Shown in pieces: positions 1-10,782 of a stretch of DNA of 64,000 nucleotides (position 1 is the first letter of the stretch; every line of letters begins with the position of its first letter). The stretch is taken from assembly GCF_000372725.1 (NCBI RefSeq), contig NW_005201392.1, positions 1,121,184 through 1,185,183 of the forward strand, written 5' to 3'. This stretch comes from Emiliania huxleyi CCMP1516. Taxonomy: Eukaryota. Both the position numbers and the translations under genes were made by a program. The notes beneath the pieces were generated by a model that did not search any database, had not been told where the DNA came from, and saw nothing but the letters and a program-made list of their open reading frames with translations.

Positions 1-753
1 GCGACCCTTTGCATTTTTGCCCTGTGAGGAATCCACAACGAAGTCGAAGTCGTTGCTGAAGTCGTAAAACTTGCCATCCGAGTGGAGGAAGCTAGGCTGC
101 GCCCAAAGCCCGTAAGTCGTTCCATCCGTGTGAATGCTGAGTAGAACTTTGGCGTAGACTCCACCAGCGCTATCGATGAGGCTTATGTAAAGCTTGTCAA
201 ACGACACGTACTCATACGTTCTCCCATTGCCAATTGTCACTGGACTCAGCGTTGCACTTGGTAGTGGAGGCGCAACAGGGTTCGGTTTTGGAGAATCTTT
301 TATCCACTGCCCTGCGCCGTTGGTGATCCGGAAGGAGTACTCGCAGAGATTTGTCCAACTCATTACAAATGCTTCTGTGTAGACTCCAGTATGGACATAA
401 TTCACGGAATCGTCCACCGGGATCTGCGCGAAGGTCGTGCCGCGCGAGTTTGGCAAAAGGGGTTCCTGCGTACGGACACTATGGTGTAAGCGGCAAGAAG
501 GGTGTGGTTGGGCGCGCCCTGCGGCGGCTGCGGCCGAGGCAGTGGCAGTGAGGAGCCGCTGTGGCGGCTGTTGCCGAGGCAGTGGTAGTGAGGGGCCGGA
601 CGACCGCTCCTGGCTATGCAGGTCTGGCTCCGGCTGAAGCTCGTCCTCAACGCCCCGGATTGTCGTGACCTCGTAGTTCATCGGACTGCCAGAGACGACG
701 TTGTGCACCGCCAGAGCAAGGATCAGCGAGTGCGAAACCGCCGCGTGCTTCAT
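1..753 (-). CDS. Putative secreted protein of unknown function; runs off the window start
   Basis: Stop-free frame from ATG 753 to base 1 (MKHAAVSHSLILALAVHNVVSGSP...GKFYDFSNDFDFVVDSSQGKNAKGR). Signal-peptide-like N-terminus. Absent from the ORF track because no stop lies in the window. Confidence 0.6.
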   Translation of the reverse strand, partial: MKHAAVSHSLILALAVHNVVSGSPMNYEVTTIRGVEDELQPEPDLHSQERSSGPSLPLPRQQPPQRLLTATASAAAAAGRAQPHPSCRLHHSVRTQEPLLPNSRGTTFAQIPVDDSVNYVHTGVYTEAFVMSWTNLCEYSFRITNGAGQWIKDSPKPNPVAPPLPSATLSPVTIGNGRTYEYVSFDKLYISLIDSAGGVYAKVLLSIHTDGTTYGLWAQPSFLHSDGKFYDFSNDFDFVVDSSQGKNAKGR

Positions 754-1125
754 GGCGATGTCAGCCTCGACTAGTTGCACCCTCCTGGAGTTTGGGGCGC
801 CCGCTGTCGCTGTCCGAGCCGCATCTCATTTTTTTCTAGCTGCCTCGTGTGACAATTTTTGTCAGTGACCACATTACATGCACATGTAATCGGAGAGGTA
901 CTAGTAAAGTGCGTGCGTCTTGTCCAGCGGCAGCCCGTGTTCCCTTGTGGTGGTAGCGAGCAAGAAAATCGAAGGCGCCCACGGCGGAGGAGCCCGCCCA
1001 CCCACCAACCATTCATTGGCATTGATTGCCCGCTGCGCCAACCAACCAAGCTCCAAGGGACCAAGCCAGGCCCTGCAGCAGGCAAAAGCCTGCCTGCGCC
1101 ATGCTCGGAGGATGTTAGCGTGGCT

Positions 1126-1256
1126 AGAGGTGCGAGCGAGAGGGCGGCCCGAGCCCGAAAGGGCGGTAAGGGCCCGCCCTCGGTCTTGCTCTACATGGTA
1201 ACGGATAAGAGGAGAAACACCACGAGATATGGACCGGGACACGCTGTGGTTCAGAC
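1126..1256 (-). repeat. Dispersed ~115-130 bp repeat, copy 1 (others 38434-38566, 41369-41495)
   Basis: Reverse complement of GTCTGAACCACAGCGTGTCCCGGTCCATA...TTATCCGTTACCATGTAGAGCAAG...CTTTCGGGCTCGGGCCGCCCTCTCGC. Confidence 0.85.
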
Positions 1257-1487
1257 ACGGTTAGCTGCCGAGCCGCCGCGTGGCGCGTGCCGCCCCGCCA
1301 GGCCGCAACAGTTGACCTTGTGTCTGACTTCTCTCTGGGCTCTGGGCCAAACGAGAGATAGAGGCAGCGGCGGGGGAAGGAAGTGGGAACGGAGGCGTGC
1401 GGGGAGCGAGCAGGGGCTGGCAAGGGAGGAGGAGGGGTCGCCTGCCCGCGCACGAGCACATCTTGACATGAGCTAGTTCATTCTAGG

Positions 1488-2548
1488 TCATTCTTTCTCT
1501 AGTCCACGGGAGGAGGAGGGGCTCGCCTGTCCGCGCACGAGCATCTTTGCGCACCCAAAGTCAATCAGCTTGAGCCGCCGCCGCGCCGGGTCGACCAGGA
1601 AGTTGTCGGGCTGCGCGCGGGGGTGGGGCGGGGTGCTGGGGGGCTGGGACGGAGGGAGGGGAGGGGAGGGGAGGGGAGGGGAGGGGAGGGGAGGGGAGGG
1701 GAGGGGAAAGGGAGGAGAGAGGGGGAGGGAAAGGGGAAGGCAGGAGAGGGGCAAGGAGAGGCAGAGAGGGCGCTGTCACCTTGAGGTCGCGGTGACAGAT
1801 CCGCAGGCCTAAGAGGGGAGGGGGGGGGGAGGGGGGGAGAGGGGGTTGAGGTGTAGAGAGTCCAAACTCGTGCCGCGCGTTCGAGAAGGCCGCGCAGGAG
1901 GGGCGCGGCTCACGGGTGGAGAGCGTGCGAGAGAGGTGCGGCGGAGATCGGGAGGCGGGCGGTGGAGGAGACGACTGCCCGCACGCGTTGGCGCATCTAG
2001 ATCCGCTGGCCATGGACGTACTCTAGCGCCCGGAGGGCCTGGTACAGGTAGACGCTCACGTCGTCCGCCGGGAAGTGGACGCGCTGCTTCTGGAAGCTCA
2101 TCGCGACCGACCGGATCGTGTCGGGCATCTGTCCGGAGCATGACGGGTGAACACCGCAGAGTCGGCGGGATCGCGAGCGAGAGGTGGCGGCGGGAGAGGG
2201 CCCGGCCGCGGCGCGAGGGCGGGGGCGAGCCGACGCGGGGCCGGGAGGAGAGGAGGAGCGCACATAGTCCATGACGAGGTGGAGGCATGTCTCGTCGGGC
2301 TTGCGGCCCGTCTTTTCGAAATGGTTGAGCAGCTTGATGACGCAGTCGTGGTCGAGCTGCCGCATCATCTCAAGCTCGCGGTTGTGGTAGCGCCGGTCCA
2401 GGATCACCTTCTTGATGGCCACCTGCATTCCCGACTCGAGGTCCTTTGCACGCCAGACGATGCCAAAGGCGCCGTTGCCGACGACCTTCTCCATGCGGTA
2501 GCGCTTCCCGCCGCCCTCCCAGACCTCACCCTCAGCGTGGCTCGACAT
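1488..2548 (-). pseudogene. GSK3: GSK3/shaggy-like kinase, truncated after the DFG motif
   Basis: Exons encode VVGNGAFGIV, VAIKKV..DRRYHNRELEMM, HLVMDY|MPDT, ICHRDLK|PDNFLVD, LKLIDFGCAKMLVRGQ. The expected PNVSYICSRYYRAPE exon and the C-lobe are not found downstream. Confidence 0.75.
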
Positions 2549-3745
2549 GTCGTCCTCGATGCTGTCTCAGCGGGGCGCCGGGGCGGCAAGGGCTGCAACT
2601 CGCTTGCACAACTGCGCTTGCTGGGTTCCAACTTTTTCCGGGGTATGGGATGGTGCGCGCGGCCCAAAGGGTGGGGGGGCACGGTCCTGACCGCCCGAGG
2701 CCGGCAGCCGGGAGGCTGGGTCTGTCAGCAGGCGGGGCATGGTCTCGAGGTGGGTTGCGCGATCGTACCATACCATACCCCGCAAAAAGTCTGAACCCTG
2801 TCTCTCCGCAGCCCGCTTCACAGCTGCTCCTCAGGGAAGAGACCCAGGGAGGAGCAGCGCGCAAGACCCGAGCCCCCGCGAGGTATCCAGACAGGCGCTT
2901 TTCTGCCAGGCCGAGCAGTAGAAGAAAAACGCGGCGGAAGCACGCCTCCGCCTCCACCGCGTCACCGCCGCCCTCGCCGCCGCCATCAGCCCATCACCGC
3001 CGCCGCCGTCGCCATCCCCATCACCGCCGCCCTCGCCGCCGCCACCTCCCCCCCCTCCGCCCTCACCTCCGCCGCCCTCGCCGCCGCCACCTTCGCCCCC
3101 GCCACCCTCACCGCCGCCACCGTCTCCTCCTCCTCCGCCCGGAAAACCGCCATCGCCAGTCTCGTACAGGCCAACCGACGACGCGCTCGATCGAGATGGA
3201 GATCCTTTAGCATTTCTAAGTCTTGAAGCGCCAGGTCTGCGAGAGGCATCGCGCAGGTCTGAGAGCTGGGCTTGTGGCGCTCAGCTAGGTCATGCACAGC
3301 CGATGATCCCAAATCACTGTGAGAGTCGTGATTTCTTGTTGGTTTTCTAAAATCTCGCTCCCTCAGGGCGGAGCCGAGCGGAGCCGAGCGGAGCCGAGCG
3401 GAGCCGAGTGGAGCCGAGCGGAGCGAGTGGAGCCGAACAGAGCTCAGAGGTCAGAGCTGCCACCGATGAACACGCCAGAGAGGGAGATGAACACGCCAGA
3501 GAGGGAGGGCGAGACGATCGAGGGGTCCCGTACCACGCGGAATCGACCCTATCCAGTGCTCAAGTGCTCAAGCTGCCACCGCACCATCTGGCGCTTAAGA
3601 CTTAGAAACGCAAGGGATCTGAGCGGCGATTTCTCGCGTGCTTTGAGGAGGCGCTCGGCGATCGGCTGCCAGAGATGGGCACGGATGCTGCAGCCGGGCG
3701 AGAGAGAACGCTTCGTCGCGTTTCTTCTTCGGCGCAGCAGGGCTT

Positions 3746-5400
3746 TTGTACTACATGCCCTCTCATTGTGGACTCGCGCGTGGCCTCGCGCTCGTGTTGG
3801 CGCTCTCCGTTGCGCCTTCGCCGGCCGAGGCGCTCTCGCGGCCGCTGCTCGTCGGCGCCCGGCTGCCGCCGCTCCGCGCCGCGCCGTGCCGCGCCGCGCC
3901 GCCTGCTGCGAACGCGGCATACGGCTACGACGACGACGTGCTGCCTGCGGTGGTGCCGGAACGCCCCCCCGAGCGGCAGAAGAGTGGCGGCGGGCTTACG
4001 CTTGCGGTGGGCGGGCTGCTCGCCACCCTCCTCGCCTCCGCCTCCGCACTGTCGATGACGGGCTTGGTCGCTACGGTCGCGGCGAGCGCGGCGGGCCTCT
4101 TCAGCTTCAAGGTGTCAAAAGAGCTGAACAGGCGCGGCTATGACCGCCGCGCGCTCTCCAAGGCGCGGGGAGCGGCGCGCCCGCCGGGCTGCCTCGCGCC
4201 CCTGCCTACCCGCCCCCACGCCCTGCCTGGACAGGCCGGGAACGGGGTCGTGTGGCGGTTTGCGGCTCTCGTCATCTACTCGCTCGCCTCCGTGGTCTCC
4301 TTCGGCGCCCCCCCCCCCNNNNNNNNNNNNNNNNNNNNNNNNNNNNNNNNNNNNNNNNNNNNNNNNNNNNNNNNNNNNNNNNNNNNNNNNNNNNNNNNNN
4401 NNNNNNNNNNNNNNNNNNTCCCTCCCCTTCCCTTTGGCAGTGGCCTTCTTGGTTCAGCATCTCTGGGGCGCGCGGTGGTCGGTTCCCGGCGAGAACAGCG
4501 TCGCCCCCTGTGCAACGCGCTGTCAGGGGTTCCCGGCCGACCGGGGCGGCCGGCTTATTTTTCTTTCGCGCCCGTCTCGCTCCCGCTCGGAACCGATGCA
4601 GGCGCGCCGCCGCACGGCCGCATCGATGCACCGCAGACTGCAGCACCAGCCCCACCCCACCCACCCCAGCCACCCACGCCCACCCGGCCCCCTCCAACCC
4701 CCCTCCACCCCCCCTCCACCCCCCACCCAGCACCACCTCCACCCCAGGTGGCAGAGCAGGGCGCTCCCGCCCCGGCGGGGGCGCGCTTGGCGGTGGCGGC
4801 CCCGCCTCCGTCGGCCGAGGAGGGAAGCGACGAGTCCATCGGCCGCTCGCTCGCGATCCAGCAGATGCTGCAGCGCTCCGCGTCCGCCGCGGCCAACGCG
4901 AAGCGCATCGAGTCTGAGCGCGGCGCCATCCTCAAGCAGAAGCAGTCCGAGGCCGTCGCCCGCGCGCTGAGCGAGTCGCGCCGCGCGCGCTCGCAGCCGC
5001 TGCAGCAGGCCGCCCCCGCCTCTCTCCCTCCGAAGACGGCCTCGGCGCAGGCCACCCCCGCGGTGGCCCGACGCGCCGAGGCGGCAAAGGCCTCCCCTCT
5101 CTTCAACATCTCGCCCAAGCCGCCCGCTGCTGCGGCGCCGCCGCCGCCGGCGTCACCGCCGCCGCCGCCGCAACCGCCGGGGGCGCCGCCGACAGCGGGC
5201 GGGCCGTCAGGCAGCGCTCGACCGGCCGCGCTGCCCGCCCTCTGCCTCCCGTGCTGAGCTCCCCCGTCCCACGCTCGCGCGTCAGGCGCCGTGGACGGCG
5301 TCAAGACGGCCTTCGGCGTGCCTACCGCGTCGAAGAGCCCGTCGCTGGCGTCGATGGCAGCGACCCCTAGAAGCGGAAGACGCACTCGTGTATCCCAACA
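3746..5400 (+). CDS. Unknown protein with signal/transit-like presequence and hydrophobic segments; spliced, spans a gap; 3' end approximate
   Basis: GLALVLALSVAPSPAEALSRP...RAAPPAA presequence, TM-like LTLAVGGLLATLLA and VVWRFAALVIYSLASVVSF segments, Ala/Pro-rich tail. Confidence 0.5.
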
Positions 5401-6770
5401 AGCGCTCGAGAGGACACGTACTCAGCTGTCTTCAGCCTATATTCAGCTGTATTCCCTGCGTCCGTTGTATTCACGCGGTGCTCTGAATACGCATGCACAA
5501 CACCGTCTTCCCGCCCTGAAGTTGGCGTATTCAGCGCGTAGGGCGGCGACCCACACGCGGTCCGTCTTTCTTTTTGACGCGTGCGTGTTTCTTGCTTTAG
5601 GCGCGAAGCTCCGCCGGACCCACCTCGGCCCGGCCGCGCCCGTCAGCAGCCAGCCCCGGCACGCCGCGCGCGACAGCCGCCCCGCCCCTCCCCGTACGAC
5701 ACCTCACCACCGCACCGCGCCCCGCGAGCACAGGCAAGCTCGACGTCTCCCTCGCCGCGCGCGCAAAGTCGGCTCCCTCGCCCGGCGCGCCGAACCCCTG
5801 GCTGCCGCGGTCGGTATCGACGCCGCCCACCGCCGCCGCCGCCGCCGCCGCCGCGCCGCCTTCAGCGCCCGCCACGCCACCGCCACCGCCACCGCCGGCC
5901 GCTGCGCCGGCCGCGGCGCCGACGCCGGCGCCTGCGGCGGCAGCAAAGGGCGGCGGGGCGCCCAACCCGTGGCTGCCGCGTGGCTACGCGTCCAAGGCTT
6001 AGCGGCTCTCCGCCACATCCGACGTGCGGGGTCAGCTTGGAGAAGTGTACATGCCGTGCCAGCGTCCCCGCACACTTGGCCCTCCTCTAGACCCGAACCG
6101 GAAGGGAGGTGGGCGAAGAGGGTCGAGCCTCTCTCTCCCTTACCTAGTCTTCGGCCCTTGTCACACCCGAATCCCGACGTGCATGTGTGTCCGCCTCGCT
6201 TCTTTGCCTCCCCGCGCAGCCGCCGCCTAGCGGCAACAGGACAGAGCCTCCCCCCGCCCCGCCCCTCGCTTGCCTCAGACACACCGCCCCCACGCCCCGA
6301 GACGCGAGGCCTTCCGTGATTATTTTTTTATTGGCGTGGGCTCCATGATCTGAACGGGCATGCTTACGAGCGGACGGCGATCGAGCGCGCTGGCTCGCGA
6401 GACCTAAAAGAAATACAAATAGGCAAAAAGCCTAAGCCGACGGCGAGCGTGCGCGCCCCCCCCCCCCCCGGGTCGGGGTCGGTCCATTTTTTGTGTGCCG
6501 ATTTTCTTTTCAGAGGCCAGTCCCGTGCCCAGTGTTGTGCGAGGGAGTTTTGTTGTAAAATTCTTTTCAGAGGATGCAGTGGCGGAGGCGGCGGTGGCGG
6601 AAGAGGAGGAGGAGGAGAGTGAGGGGGAGGCGGAGGCGGAGGCACCTGTGACGGCCCCCTACAAGCAAGAAGGGCGACTACCGGTTCGCGCGGGAGAAGA
6701 ATTGCGACCTGCGTTTGCTTGACTTCGAGACGTTCCTTCGGCGGCTTCGGACACGGCGTCCGCCGTCTTC

Positions 6771-8805
6771 TCGGAGATAGCCGCGCAGCGGCTATGTAGG
6801 TTATCCAACAACGTGAGGAGAGGGGAACAGCAAGCATATCACGTAAACGCCGAAAGCGCGTCGCCGTCGGCTCGCAGCTTTGGGCCGCTTGCTCAACCCC
6901 ATCGTCCGAGTCGTGCGCAATCTCGCGTGATGACATCTCGCCCTGATCCCACGCCAGTGGGGCAGGTGCATCATATCGTCGGCGATGGGGGCCTTTCGAG
7001 CCGACGTTCCGCCGCACCGGCAGACGTTCCGTCACAATGCCGCCGCATGCCGCCGCAATGTCGATTGCAATGCAGGCAGCGCAGGAACCGTACTGGTGCG
7101 GCAAGGAAGAGGCCGGCCCACATGGGCAGACCTCCACTGGGGCCACGTGCAAGACAGTATGCAACGTGACGCCCAGAGAGACAGCTCCCCAACCCGCCGC
7201 CGCCAAGGCATTGGGCCTGAGGTGGAGCTGTCCGAGGACGGATGACCGAGTCCTCCAGAGGCAAGCCAGAGGCATGCCAATAGCAAGCCAAAGGTAAGCT
7301 GCTGGCGTCCACAGTTGGCGACCTCAGTGTCGACCACAAGGGGCGAGATCACGACGTGGCGTCCCGACACAAGGGTGCCGACCGGGCGAGAACGCCAGGC
7401 GAGCCCCACAGTGGCGTCCATGGCGTGAGGCCAAGGCCGCGCCATGGCGTCCACACAGTCGGGCGTCCACAATGTGTGACGACCCCATCGTGGCGAACAC
7501 AAAGAGGCGACTGCTGTGGCGACCAGCGGTACGCCAAAGGGTGCTAGAGGCGTGTCTGGGTAAGCCGAGGCTTGACAGCCACCTTCGAGGCCTCGTGGCC
7601 ACCTGTGAGGCTTGTGAGCCATCTCGAGCGAACCTACATGGGCGGTGGGCGCGAGGAGGCAATGGACCTCTGACGCATCACAGAGCTCGAGATGACAAGC
7701 GTGGCGGAGCTGAGCAGCGCAGCCTGTACAGGCGCTCGCACTGCCAGCCCGCCCTGCCCTCGCCCCGCCCCCCCGCCCGCCCGCCGGTGGCGGGCCCGTC
7801 CTGGCTGTTCCCTTGCAGGAATTGGCACTGGACGAGAGCTGGGGTGGCGTGAACGTGACATACCTGAGCTGGGGCGGCGTGAACCTAACAAGGTGCACCC
7901 AGTTACCGCTGAGCCGCGAGGCGAAGGCAACATGTTCTGGGGTGGGGGCAGGGTCGACCGGGCTCCCCACACCAGACATGGGTACCAAGGTGCACCGCAT
8001 CCCCTGCTGCTCCTCTGATTTTCGAGGATTTGTCCCGGCCGGTTCCCCCAGTCTCTCGACCATGAGAGGAAAGACGTCCGGCGGGCCACATGCGATGGGA
8101 TCGATGTGCGATTGGAGCAGCAACTACACGCCCGGGGCAGCTACGGCCGCCACCTCCTACCGGGCGGCGACCCCAATTTGTCGATGGGTCTTTATGAGAC
8201 AACCTGGGACTCTCCACTCCGGCAGCCGGCGCGATGGGCCTGTTTGAGCGCCGACGCCGGGGTCGTGTGGCGATGTGCCTCGGGAGCTCCAGACGCAGCT
8301 CTCGGGGCACGCCAACCCAGGAGATTTAAAGGACCAATCAACAAATACAACCAACGATCAGCTGGAGAACTCGGACGCGATGGATAATCGGAGATAGCCG
8401 CGCAGCGGCTATGTAGGTTATCCAACAACGTGAGGAGAGGGGAACAGCAAGCATATCACGTAAACGCCGAAAGCGCGTCGCCGTCGGCTCGCAGCTTCGG
8501 GCTGCTTGCTCAACCCCATCGTCCGAGTCGTGCGCAATCTCGCGTGACCCACCCTCCTCTTCCCTTGCACGCGAGTGTTCTCTGATTGTATGTGTGGACA
8601 GGGAGTGTCCTGTCCTCACGGCGTCGGCGCATGTGTGTGTGGTTCCCAGTGTGGGGCCTGTTTGAGCGCCGACGCCGGGGTCGTGTGGCGATGTGCCTCG
8701 GGAGCTCCAGACGCAGCTCTCGGGGCACGCCAACCCAGGAGATTTAAAGGACCAATCAACAAATACAACCAACGATCAGCTGGAGAACTCGGACGCGGTG
8801 GATAA
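6771..8805 (+). mobile_element. Non-autonomous split-direct-repeat (PAT/Ngaro-like, DIRS-order) element
   Basis: A1 6771-6930 = A2 8388-8547 (160 bp, 2 mismatches). B1 8236-8387 = B2 8654-8805 (152 bp, 1 mismatch). B1 and A2 abut. No recognisable RT or recombinase ORF inside. Confidence 0.8.
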
Positions 8806-10782
8806 TTCGGCAGGCGGCGGACCAGCTGAGTAACAAACTTTCGCACGCTCAGCACCTCGATGAGGTCACATGGACATGGACCACCAAGAACTGGCACGGG
8901 CTGCAGTCTGCAGATGCAGCGCTTGTCTGTCGTTCTCCACGCCGCCGTGGCGTGGCAGACGGTGAACGAGCTAGCGTGCGGGGAGAGCGGCATTGTGCAC
9001 GGAGCTAAGTGCATTGCCGTTCTTAGCGGAGTCGCTTAGGCGGCTCCGGTGGTGTGCCTGGAGCGGCCGCACATTGCTCGGTACCCCCCCTGCACTTCTA
9101 AGCCCGTCCCTGCTGCTAGGGGGGGGGGGGGTCTGACCCCCCCAGCAGCAGAGAACACTCTGGACCCAGCTCTCCCGTCTCTTCGCCGCCGCCGCCCCCC
9201 TGGCTGGTCCATCGCGAACCCACTATGATTATCGGAAGCTCTCCTCCAGCAGCAGAGCCAGAGATGTGGGTGTCTTCCGACAAATCAAGCAGCCCGACCG
9301 CCGCGAAGCGTGAACATAGCGAGAGGTGTACTCCGCGACGTTGAGCGCTGCACGCGGTACTCGGCGGTGTCGCAGCGTCGAGCAACACTCGGTGTCAGCG
9401 GAGCGTCGCGCCTACATCAGTAGTCTCATCGCCGAGTGATTGCTGGCCTGTGGCATATGACCTCGCGCGGATATCACCAACAACGAGCATGCGAAGATAG
9501 GGAACCATATCTGATTGATGGACTTGTACCGCCCGCTGTGCTCTCCGCTGTGCCACAGCTCGTGCGAGCGCCGTATCTTCCCTCCTTGAAGCAGAGGCGG
9601 GCCGCGAGGCACGAGAGGCGTAGAAGAGGCTGGCGTGCCCCGCACACCGCCCGGCTGGCAGTAGGAGGGCCCGCCGGTGAGACCACTGACTGATTTTGGT
9701 GCCCCGAGCATACGCTTTAAATTCTCGCCACTTGGAACGCATGCTACTTATTGCAATACAGCTGTCTGCACAGAGATGCCAGCACCCCCCACAGGCAGAG
9801 CTCTGCTGCTAGGGGGGGGGGGGGGTCTGACCCCCCCACACGCCGCCACCACGCAGGGATTTTAAGGAGATGAGTGTCGCCCTCATCACCCGCAGGGGTT
9901 GTGCACGACGCAATGCAGCAGGCTGTGATGCAATATGGCTATGACGACGAGCTCTACCAGGCATGGAGGGACGGCGAGATAGGCGAAAAGGACTTGCCGG
10001 AGGAGGTGTCTGATGGCTATGACTTTGGACCTTTGCGAGAGGTGGCGAGCGGAGCAAGCGCGGTGTAGGCGCGCCCACGCGGCGCAGCGGCTCTCCCGCG
10101 ACCATAGCCCCTCCCGCAGCCGCAGCCGTAGCCGCAGCCCCAACTCTTGCTGCTCTTCTAGTGTCGGGTAGTGACCAGGGGTGAGGGGACGGATTGAAGA
10201 TCCCTACCCTCACACCAAGATCGTGCAGGGCGGGGACACATGTCCCTAAATCCCATCTCGTCTCAGAGTTTGGCCTTTTTATTTATTTATTCATCACCCG
10301 CGTGACCTCGTCTCTATAGGAACACCACAAGAGTCGTAACCGGGTCTTCTTTCTAGGTGGAGGAGGGCTCCTGGTCGGCTCGGCTCGGCTCGGCCCTCCC
10401 TCGGGCTTGTACCGTCGGCCGCACCTCCATCGCCTCTGCTCCTCCATCGCCCGAGGCTTGTGCATTCTTCATGGCACTCCCCCGTCGTGCTCCTGTCGGT
10501 TGCTGGTTCCGCTGTACTGTCGGTTGCTGGTTCCGCTGTATGAGGTCCCGGGTCCCGCAGCTCCTCCGCAACGATCGCTCGGTGTCCGCGCTGTCACCTT
10601 CTCTGCCTCACGCCTGTCCGATCCCGATTTCTTTGCGTCACAGGTGGCCCGGCGCCCCACATCTTACCCGCACCGCAGCGCGGGCCCGCCTCGACGTCCG
10701 ACCTGTCGCACCGCGCTCCGACGTGCGCGCCGTCCGGCTCCGTCTTCAGGACCACCGACCGCACCAACTCCATCCACGAATC

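Noticed and set aside
9116..10213. Possible transposase remnant between two CTGCTGCTAG(G)nTCTGACCCCCCC motifs (9111, 9803)
   Set aside because: Looks repeat-derived but no transposase motif could be identified with confidence
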